DNA of 64,000 bases from Octopus vulgaris. Its lineage: Eukaryota. Every line of letters starts with the position of its first letter. Within the stretch, counting starts at the first letter, position 1. The notes beneath the pieces are model-generated. The model was not told the origin of the DNA and searched no databases. It saw only the letters and a program-made list of their open reading frames with translations. Position numbers and translations under genes: made by a program. Location of the stretch: the NCBI GenBank assembly GCA_951406725.2, contig OX597831.1:27404001-27468000 (forward strand). The letters run 5' to 3'. Of the stretch, positions 53,787 to 64,000 are shown in pieces.

Positions 53787-54493
53787 CTATTCACATAAAA
53801 TCGTTTCATGCCGAACGCATTTTCATACCAAGCGATGATGTCCTGTGAAGTATCCACCTCAACGGCGAACGTAACGTGGTCAACATGTGTAATGCGATTC
53901 CTCGGTGGTGTCGGCGGTCGAATCTCGTCGTATCCATCGTCCGTTTTTACATCCTGTCGCCGGATCGACGTGAAACCGGGTAAGAAAAACCCGCTGTAGT
54001 GCTGTCGTTCGACTAACGTGTGCACGACGTTGCCGAGACACGATCTCACCATGGCTACTTTCACTTCTCCGTCGGCATCGGACAAAACCGTCACCGGTTT
54101 CTCCATCTTGGCACCACATCTCTCCAACCTTTCCACCTGTCGCTGGATGTCCTTCACAGTCAGACACACGTTGAACACGCTGTTTCTAACCGGCCTTCCA
54201 CCTTCATCCACGTCCTGGTCCCATAGAACTAAATAAGGGTCATTTGCTATCGCCTCGTCTCGTTGCTGGTCCGAGTGAGCGCAATTTTGTTGTTCTTGTT
54301 CCGGTGGTGAGCTGCGTATTTCGGTGACCAGCAACTGCACCCAATCGTTGGCTCTCACTAGCCATTGTCGACTGTGAACCGTCTCCCTGTAACCAGCTCG
54401 ATATAGCCCCAACTTCTTACAGAGTTCCAACACGAATTCCTCGCCGTTCTCACGTACTCCTATTTCTATGTGGTGGATGGAGTGTTGTAGCAT
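53787..54493 (-). CDS. HPDL: HPDL-like dioxygenase, coding exon 1 of 5
   Basis: ORF MLQHSIHHIEIGV...SVFNVCLTVKD...SCLGNVVHTLVERQHYSGFFLPGF...ITHVDHVTFAV...WYENAFGMKRFYVN, typical of the HPPD/HPDL family; DHVTF carries the first Fe-ligand His. In-frame TAG 9 nt upstream of the ATG. Donor AATAG|GTAAGT at 53787/53786, phase 2. Confidence 0.93.
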
Positions 54494-56054
54494 TATTGAC
54501 TAACTCACTGACTACCTCAGGCTCTCTCTCTCATTCCCTTTGTCTGTCTCTCTCCCTATCAACCTCTCTATCCTTTCTTATCCTCTTCTCTCTCTCAAAT
54601 GCACTCTCATTTATACGCGCGCATACACACTCACACACCCTCACATGTTCGCGCGCACAGACACACACACACGCTCTCTCTCTTTCACTCTATTTCCTTC
54701 TGTTCTGTGTATCGTCCTGTTGGTCTAACTGGTTACTTAGCGTACTAGCTGACTATATCATGCATACCTATTGTGGGCTAGGTTCTTTATTCATCTCCCT
54801 ATTCTATAACTAATAAATACCTACAATAGACTCAGTAGCGGGGGAGACTGAATTCATTAGCTTTAATGAATAAAAATAACCACCAAATCCCCTTTACTTT
54901 CTTTTTTTTTTTTTGCTTTTACAACTTCACTGCAAATTATCAAAAAATATTTAAGTTTTGCCACAAGTCCACAGCGACTTCCACAGTTCACTATACACGG
55001 CTTGTATTCAACTCTAGTTTCTATTTTATTTATTAGGTTGTTAAAGATGATTAACACTATTATATCGTATCTGTTTATGTATGCTGTCAGTAGTTCATTT
55101 ATCCGAAGAAGAAGCACGGGTCGGTCAGAGTGATCATCGGTTTCGCAGCTATAAAGCGCTTGGGTTGTATAGATGACTCGTCAGACTCAAATGACCGGAA
55201 TATATGTTTGTTTGTATTTGTGTTTCTCCGCCACCACCGCTTAACAACCGGTGCTGGTGTGTTTACGTCTCCGTAATCTAGCGTTTCGGCAAAGAGGGGT
55301 TTTTAAGTCCCAGGCTTTCAAAAAAGTAAAAATAAAAAAAAAGTCGTGGGATCGATTCGTTCGACTAAAATTTCTTCAGAGCGGTGCCCCAGCATGGTCG
55401 CAGTCTGATGAAGTGAAACGAGCAAAAGATAGAAAGATAGTATTTTCGTAAAAATCAATATTGTCACAAACGGCCTATCCTGCTATTATAAAGGTAAAAA
55501 CGAAAGACAGCTCCCCCTCCTTTCTCCATGAAAGTGGTGGTGGGCTGCGTCGGTAAAAAACAATACGAGAGCGATCAAAGAGAAAGAGAGGGGGGGAAGG
55601 AGGAGTGTATGGGTTCGATTGGTATATTTATTTAATTAAACAGTATTACATGTATTTCTAACATGATATCGTTAAACCACCGAAATAACCTTCGTAGGTT
55701 ATGCAACAGAACTTCTTTCCTTCAGGGTCCTTCTAGCCCACGTGATTATTTGACCGGGCTGACATTCACGAGATGCGTAAGGAGTACAATAGAGAGAGAG
55801 AGAGAGAGGAGTGACGAGGAGGGGGGAAGGAGTTTAAGTTAGTGCAGGGACATGTCTGTACGAAGGATTGCAAACGGATGTGAAGGAGTGTACCTTATAC
55901 TTGCGTGTCTGTGGTTGCGTGTGTGCATGTGTGAGTGGTTACATGAAAAAGCTGTCGATTTGTATTCGTATGTATGCACACACACACACGTACATATAAG
56001 CATGTCTGTATATGTACATATGTATGTGTACATATTGTATGCATGTGTGTGTGT

Positions 56055-56700
56055 ATACTCTTTTACTCTATTTGTCATTTGACTGTGGCCATGCTGGAGC
56101 ACAGCCTTTAGTCGAACAATCAATCCCAGAACTTATTCTTTGTAAACCTAGTACTTATTCTATCGGTCTATTTGGCCGAACCGTTAAGTTACAGGGACAT
56201 AAACACACCAGCATCGGCTGTCAAGCGATGGTGACTGGACACACACACACATTTATATAATACAGGCTTCTTTTCAGTTTCCGTCTCCCAAATCCACTTA
56301 CAAGGCTTTTGTCAGTCCGAAGTTATAGTAGAAGGCACTTGCCTAAGCTGCCACGTAGTGGGACTGAACCCAGAACCATGTAGTTGGTATGCAAGCTACT
56401 CCCCACACAACCACTTTATTTTATTTTCATTTTATTTAATTTTTTTCTTCTTTCTATTAATATTTATCTTTCACCAGATGGAGTACTTTTTTTGTTGAAT
56501 TTTTTATCATGGATCAGTACATTATATATATATATGTGGCTGTGTGGTATGTAGCTTGCTTACCAACCACATCATTCCGGGTTCAGTCCCCCTGCGTGGC
56601 ACCTTGAGCAAGTGTCTTCTACTGTAACCCCAGACCGACCAAAGCCTTGTTAGTGGATTTAGTAGATAGAAACTGAAAAAAGTCTGTTGTATATATATAT
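56055..56700. mobile_element. Inverted SINE family A pair upstream of HPDL
   Basis: 56055-56415 minus; 56535-56700 plus, partial. Confidence 0.75.
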
Positions 56701-56873
56701 CATCATCATCATTTAACGTCTGCTTCCCATGCCAGCATGGGTTGGATGATTTGACTGAGGACTGGCGAACCAGATGGCTGCACCAGGCTCCAATCTGATC
56801 TGGCAGAGTTTCTACAGCTAGATGCTCTTTCTAATGTCAACCACTCCGAGAGTGTAGTGGGTGCTTTTACGTG

Positions 56874-56904
<31 letters not shown>

Positions 56905-57069
56905 TTTGGGTATGGTAGATGAGTTCAGCAAAAATTTTGATTCAGATGAATATGGTACTTAAGTTGAGGCACAAGAATTTGGTACGGTATTATCCATACA
57001 ATTTCAAAGTAAGGTGATTAAAATGAAAATAAGCAACAAGGATACCCAGAGGTAATGTTGCTTATTTTG

Positions 57070-57106
<37 letters not shown>

Positions 57107-57231
57107 TTAAATAATGAGGGCGATAAATTGAATATTAATTTAATTAATATCAATTTAAAACCAGTAGCCTAGCATATAGAAAAATCAGAAAATTCAGAAA
57201 AATTGTAGTATATGCATATAATATTATACGC

Positions 57232-57272
<41 letters not shown>

Positions 57273-57984
57273 TGTTCTCCATGCTGGCTGGGCTGGGCGA
57301 TTTGACAAGAGCTGGTAAGCCAGAGGACTGCACCAGGCTTTACTGTCTGCTTTGGTGTGGTTTATGTATGTATGGTGTGAATGAACCATATCCTTAGCAA
57401 AAATTCAAAGTCACAGCTACAGAATTATAAATATTAGGATAATTTCAACAAATTAAAAATTTATCGCGTATCTTATATACCTTCAGTGGCCTATGTCATT
57501 CAGATACATACCACTGCCATGCTCAGTTGTTTCTCATAACATAATTTGATTGTGTTAATTATGAAAATTACCTTAAGCCATAAATGTGCTCTACATCAGA
57601 GTAAATGTCAGATTATAGCTGTGCTGAAGACAGCTATAGAAGCAGAAACACATGAATACAGCTATCCTCTTGGCTTTAGATACTCTGACTTTTTTACTTT
57701 TTATTAGTAGTATGTAAGTTCTAGGGAATCCTTGATTCTTGAGATTATGTTCCATTGTCATCTGGAGTTGGTCCCAGTTTCCATGTGCCAGTTGTTTTAC
57801 CTTTTCTCGAAGCAAAAGTGATGTTAATAAATCAAGAATCGATCTTGTAGAGTTCTCAATATATCTTCATTCATATGTTGTGTAAATTCATGCAACTGGC
57901 TACTCCGAGCTATTTCACTTAGTTCATTTGTGTGTATAGATAGATATACATGCATATATGTAGGCATCTGCATATGTTTCCATG

Positions 57985-58525
57985 CATAAACTCTGCTTGC
58001 GAAGACCTGTTCTGGCAAGTGAAATCGAAATCAAATTTGCTGATGTGGTCAATGACAGCACCACTTAACTGGCATCCATGGTAATGGAACGTTAAGAGCA
58101 CCACTTGAGTGTGATCATTGCCAGGGACGCTGACTGGCTCCCATGCTGGTGGCACGTAAAAAGCACCATCTGAGTGTGATCGTTACCAGCGTTGCCTTAC
58201 TGGCACTTGTGCCAGTGGCACATGAAAAACATTTGAGCGAGGTCATTGCCAGTGCCGCTTGACTGGCTCCTGTGCTGGTGGCACATAAAAAAACACCATT
58301 TAAGCATGGTCGTTGCCAGTACCATCTGACTGACCCTTGCGCCAGTGACACATAAAAGTACCCACTACACTCTTGGAGTGGTTGGCAATAGGAAGGGCAT
58401 CCAGCTGTAGAAACTCTGCCAGATCAGATTGTAGCCTGGTGCAGCCATCTGGCTCGCTAGTCCTCAGTCAAACCGTCCAACCCATGCCAGCATGGAAAGC
58501 AAACGTTAAACAATGATGATGATAT
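57985..58525 (+). mobile_element. RTE 3'UTR with hairpin array and (GAT)n tail
   Basis: Same family as 29690-30335. Confidence 0.8.
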
Positions 58526-58619
58526 AAATCTGAAAAGAAACAATGACACAAATTTTGGGAGAAAGTATTCATAATGTGTAAGTGCTTTCACTGTTTACAG
58601 TTTTTCAAACTCATGTGTT

Positions 58620-60420
58620 ATGGGATAATCTGTAGAGGTGAAGTTGTTCTTAACTATTGATAGTGTTGACTATTAAGTCATCTGTGTACAGGAATGTCCT
58701 CAGGTAACCAGTCTGAAGCCCTTCCCTTTCATTGTGACCTGGAGGACTAAAAGAAACAGCTGGGAACTGAGAACTGAATTTTGAGCCATCTTCTGGTGCA
58801 GCCATCTGGTTTGCCAGACCTCAGTCAAATTGTCCAACCCATGCTGGCATGGAAAGCGGACGTTAAACAATGATGATGATAATCTAACTGCATGTTAAAA
58901 TATTTATTTAACTCATTGCCAACTTTCACCTTGCTGGTGGTGACATCTCTGCACATGTCTTGCATGACTCTCAGTGTCAGCTATCTTTACATAGTTTTCA
59001 TAATGACCACCAGACTACAGAGTGTGAAACTGTGTCAAAGAATGCCAAGTATAGAATTTTTGTCCTTTGCTTCTGGGATTTCACTAGAAAAGAAAATGTC
59101 TGTTGTTGCCACTCATCACAAATCCCACCTGCATCGTATTTAAGTTAATTCCCTTCTTAATCAGTTGTGTTGTAACGATTTCTCTTGTTTTCATAACATG
59201 GTGAATCGATTTGATCTTTCTTGAGAATCTTTGCCTTCACAGCAGATGATACTGCTAGACCAGTCAATGGGTATCGACATCTCATTTTACCACCTTTGTC
59301 ACTTGGTGAATGAAAAAGCCCACCTAACTTTTCCTGGTAGTCTAAGCTGATTACTTTGACTTTATATCATTCATTGCACTTTCTACTATATCACTGTCAA
59401 TTCTAATAGCAGGTCTCGAACTGTCCACTCTGATAGCAGGTCTTGAGCAGTCAGTTTTAATGTCTGGATCCAAGCTGTCAACTTAAATAGCTAGTCCTCA
59501 GCTGTCAACTCGAATAGCTAGACCTCGGCTGTCCACTCAAATAGCTAGTCCTCAGCTGTCCTCTTGAATAGCTAAACCTTGGCTGTCCACTCCAATAGCT
59601 AGACCTCGGCTGTCCACTCCAATAGCTAGACCTCGGCTGTCCACTCCAATAGCTAGACATCAACTGTCCACTCAAATAGCTAGACCTCGGCTGTCCACTC
59701 TAATAGCTAGACCTCGGCTGTCCACTCCAATAGCTAGACCTCGGCTGTCCACTCCAAAAGCTAGACCTCGGCTGTCCACTCCAAAAGCTAGACCTCAGCT
59801 GTCTACTCGAATAGCTAGACCTCGACTGTCCATTTGAACAGCTAGACCTTGGCTGTTCACTTGAATAGTTGGTTCTTAACCACTGACTTTAGTAGCTCAT
59901 CTCTACCTTTCAGGTTTAATAGCTGGTTCCTCTATTAGACTTAGAGTAGTCTGTCTTTTTTCCATGTATTCTCTACATTTAACAATCTCCCAAAGCTGCA
60001 TTTCCTAGCCTTCTATTGTGTATTGGCAATTTTAAGTGAGCAGCTCTCATTCTAAACATTTTCTTTAAAGATGCCTTGATTTCTACTGCTTTGGCAGTGC
60101 AGGTGACTTTACATCTATGATCCTCTCATCACAGAACATTGGGGCAAATCTCATACTTTCATTTGTTCATCCCTGATGAACATGATATTATTCCCTAGTC
60201 TATCTTTACTTCAAGTCTTTCCTTCTCTAGTTTTAATGTTTTACCTGCATTGTCATTTCATCAATATTTTAGTGTTTGTTTGAGTGGAACTTTGCTCCCT
60301 CCACAGTTCTTGTCTATGTTTCAATTTGGGTTGCCTCATAGAAAACTCTCATTCCAATTGTTCTCTCTGTTACAAGTGTCAACCTCCTCTTCCCTCTCAG
60401 TATAAATGTCTTCTACAACC
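58620..60420 (-). mobile_element. Degenerate RTE LINE reverse-transcriptase region
   Basis: Minus-strand remnants ENTW...PAIRIDSDIVESAMNDIKS...DWSSSII...MQVGFV...LYLAFFD...SVVWWSL...SKVKVGNE...LQTGYLRTFLYTDDLIV (decayed YADD). Confidence 0.8.
59395..59935. repeat. 27-bp minisatellite (about 20 units) inside the RTE ORF
   Basis: Unit GGCTGTCCACTCCAATAGCTAGACCTC; homogeneous centre, diverged edges. Confidence 0.92.
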
Positions 60421-60959
60421 TTTTTGAATGCATGGCTCTGGTAAGAATCTTGCTTCCCAACCACATAGTTCTGGGTTCAATGCTACTGTGGCACCTTGGG
60501 CAAGTGTCTTCTACTATAGCCCCAGACCAATCAAAACCTTGTTAGTAGATTAGTTGACAGAAACTGAAAGAAGCCTGTTGTATACTGACCAAAGCCTTGT
60601 GAGTGAATTTGGTAGACGGAAACTGAAAGAAGCCTATCATATATATGTATGTGTTTCTTTGTGTCTGCATTTGTCTCCCACCACCTCTTGACAACCGGTG
60701 CTGGTGTGTTTGCATCCCTGTAACTTAGTGGTTTGGCAAAAGAGACTGATAGAATAACAGGCTTTAAAAAGTAAATACTAGGGACGATAAGTTCGATTAA
60801 AAATACAAGGCAGTGCCCCAGCATGGCCGTGGTCTGGTGACTAAAACAAGTAAAAGATCTCATTGTCCCTGTGTGGTTATCTTTCACATCTGAAGTTCTG
60901 GTACTCTCTCGGTCTTCCAGAGATCCCACTGTATCTACACTTATATATTCCAGTACATC

Positions 60960-61860
60960 TACGAGGTGGTATCAAAAGGTTCCCAGACTGGTTCTGTCGT
61001 GTGCCAACAGTACACAGTTGCATGTGCATTGAGTGCTAGCAGTGACGTTGCTGTGTTTACTTCGTAAGTTGTGAAATTTGTGTTTTTTGTGATCATGTGT
61101 ATTGCTGTAGTCAGCGATTTTTGTCATGGACAGGAGGATGGAACAAAGAGCCAACATGAAATTTTGCCTTAAACTTGGGAAGTCTGCTACAGAGTCATTG
61201 GGCATGCTTTGGCAAGCTTGTGGCGATGAGGCAATGGGTCATATGCAATGTTTCGAGTGGCACAGGTGCTTCAAAAGTGGCCGACAGAGCCGCAGCTCAT
61301 TCAAGAGAACGCTTATTTTTTTTTCAACATCCGCGGTATTGTGCATTGAGAATTCATCTCCTAGGGCCAGACCGTTCATCGAGAGTTCTACCGTGATGTT
61401 TTGAAGTGTTTCAGGGAAGACATTTTGTAGAAGCAACCAGATCTGTAGACTGTGAAGAATTGAATTCTTAACGAAGACAATGCAGCCTGTGACTGAGCTC
61501 TCCTCACTTTTGAGTTTCTCGCCAAAAACAACATGGTATCATTTCTGCACCCGCCCTATTCGCTTCGCCAGATGTATCACCTGCAGACTTCCTTCTCTCT
61601 CTCAAGAAGAAAATTCAGCTCAAGGGTCGCCACTTTAACACCGTTAACGAGGACAAGAGTGAATTGCAGAAGGTCTGCGACTCACTTATGGAAAACGACT
61701 CCTAGGTTGGATTCCAAAAGTGGCAGTAATGCTGAGAACAGTGTATTGCTACTTAAGGTGACTATTTCCAAGGAGATGATGTTAAAAACTTAGGTAAATA
61801 AGTTATTATTTTTTTTATTATGCATAACAAGTATAGGAACGTTTTTGATATCACTTCAGG
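60960..61860 (+). mobile_element. Internally deleted, degenerate mariner transposon
   Basis: TA then CGAGGTGGTATCAAAAGGTTCC, with inverse GGAACGTTTTTGATATCACTTC. MEQRANMKFCLKLGKSATES...FEWHRCFKSGR (HTH) is joined to FFNIRGIVH...EDNA...HPPYS.PD.SPADF, with stops and frameshifts. Confidence 0.88.
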
Positions 61861-63290
61861 TTACACCTGAAATTCTGGTACTCTCTCAGATTACCAGAGA
61901 TCCGACTATACTTATAATCATATACTCTCATTTACATCTATCACATCTGAAGCCTTGTTACTCTCTCTGTCTCCTAAAGATCCCTATGTACCAACAGCAA
62001 TATAATCCTGTATATCTATCACACCTGAAGTGCTGGTACTACCTGAGGCTGCTAAGAGCTTATTGTACCTTTTGTTGTATATTCTTGTACATGGATCACA
62101 TCTGATCTTAGCTGTTCCATCCTTGGCCATTCAGCTATTTTCTTATTGAGAATATTGCACCCAGTGTGTCCTTCCTGTTATAAACTGGTGTGATTTGGCT
62201 GCTATTTCCAATGCGCCAAAAGACATGTAATTAGTGCCACTGTGTAATTCGCTAGTTAGTTGTTGCTGAGGATGTTAATGAGCTGCCTATCACAAATGTT
62301 GGCTACAGTTTAATCAGTAACTTTCGACTCCACCTCAATCTCAGCCATTTGAGAAGGGTGGAGATGAATAAACCCGGATGAATTTTTAAGTAACAATGGA
62401 GCTAATCAGTTAGCGGGAATGCTTTTGTCCAGATTACCTGAAGGACCCCCTCGTGGGGTTTAATATTTACAGACTAAATACATTACAACTTTACAAGCAC
62501 AAGAGCCAGATAGAGTTACCTCCCTTGTTTCCAGCTGTGATTACAATAGAATAACGTCGTTAAGTTATTTCCCTCTACATGGTCGCATGATCTGCTAGAA
62601 ATAGCAGCTGCATCTCGCACCAATTACTCATTATTCAAATGGAAGGCGATATTTGTAACGTTTTTTTTATCATAAAAGCCTGTTGGATCACTACTGACGT
62701 CGAGTCCATCATTGATAAATAGGTCCCACTCTGTTCATCCACTTATTACATAATTAGAGAAAGCATCCATCTGGACTATAGTAAGTCATAGATGTTATTC
62801 ATTTATTTTAAAAATTGATTTCTGTATAAGGCACTATGTCACATATTGTTGATAATAGGGTCCCAGTAATTGACTGGGGCTTATTTTATCTGCCCCAAAG
62901 AGACGAAAGGTGAAGTCAACCCGGGCAGAAATTTGAACTCATGAAAACAGTTTCCATATTACACAAACCTTTTTTACATCATCATCATCATCGTTCTAAT
63001 GTCCACATTTCCATGCTCACATGGGGTGGGTGAAATTCGTTAAGGTGGATTTTCTATGGCTGGGTGCTGTTCCTGTTGCCAACCCTCACCTGTTTGCCAA
63101 GAAGGTAATATTTTCCCTTGACCAGATATGTTTTCATGGAAGATTGTTAACAGATGAAACAACTTGCATGGCAATGACACTCACAACTATGACATGGTGT
63201 GAAGGCAAGGAGACAGCAACACACACATGACCACTGTCAAATGACTGAAACCAGTAAAAGTATAAGAGTATACACACACAATATATATAT

Positions 63291-63349
<59 letters not shown>

Positions 63350-63519
63350 AACACATGACAGACTTACTGGCTTCTTTCAGTTTACATTTACTAAATCTAT
63401 CCACAAGGCTTTGGTTGACCTGAGGCTATAGTTGAAGACACTTGCCCCAGGTGCCATACAGTGGGACTGAGCCTAGAACCATATACTATATATGTGGCTT
63501 TTTACTCCAACTCCTTATA

Positions 63520-63822
63520 TCATCATCGTTTAACGTCCGTTTTCCGCGCTAGCACGGGTTGGACGGTTCGACCGGGGTCTGGGAAGCCAGGGGCTGCACC
63601 AGGCTCCAGTCTGATCTGGCAGTGTTTCTACAGCTGGATGCCCTTCCTAACGCCAACCACTCCGCGAGTGTAGTGGGTGCTTTTTATGTGCCACCTGCAC
63701 AGGTGCCAGAGTGGTCTGGCATTGGCCACGATCGGTTGGTGCTTTTTATGTGCCACCGGCACAGAAGCCAGTCGAGGTGGTGCTGGCATCGGCCACGTTC
63801 AGATGGTGCTTTTTATGTGCCA
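63520..63822 (-). mobile_element. RTE-type 3' tail with hairpin repeats
   Basis: Close to the copies at 38790-39335. Confidence 0.8.
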
Positions 63823-64000
63823 AAAGACCAAAAGATTGTTTCATGGGGTTTGCTGCCTTCGAGAATGTTCTTTTTTTTAATAAATGAGTGCATGGAAAAA
63901 AACTTATGAGAAACAGGGTGACTCATCAGCTTTGACTGAATACATATTTACACACACACATTTTATATTTCATGGTTGTTGACTAAATTTCTCACATGTA

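Noticed and set aside
61126-61793. Functional mariner transposase or SETMAR-like gene
   Set aside because: Large internal deletion, multiple stops and frameshifts.

Overview
Repeat-dense, AT-rich animal genomic DNA, most likely an octopod cephalopod. This is inferred from the tRNA-derived SINE families, RTE/CR1 LINE debris and very abundant (TA)n/(CA)n tracts. One complete gene can be rebuilt by hand: a 5-exon, minus-strand HPDL-like (4-hydroxyphenylpyruvate dioxygenase-like) gene, CDS 54493->31984, 453 aa, with GT-AG junctions, matching exon phases and the His/His/Glu iron triad. A probable first coding exon of a second minus-strand gene lies at 17952->17802. The rest is SINEs, RTE, CR1 and Penelope-like fragments, mariner, pogo, Merlin-type and Helentron-type DNA elements, and mini/microsatellites; nearly all ORFs in the supplied track are repeat artefacts. 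Most notable: (1) a 181-bp inverted copy of the gene's own putative 3'UTR in intron 4 between 80-bp perfect direct repeats, which could form a long pre-mRNA duplex around the last exon; (2) minimal hammerhead-ribozyme-like motifs in Penelope-like repeats; (3) two CpG-retaining domains centred on the two first exons; (4) RTE LINE ends with tandem C2H2 fingers; (5) a minisatellite derived in frame from an RTE ORF. All calls are from reading the sequence; no database searches were run.
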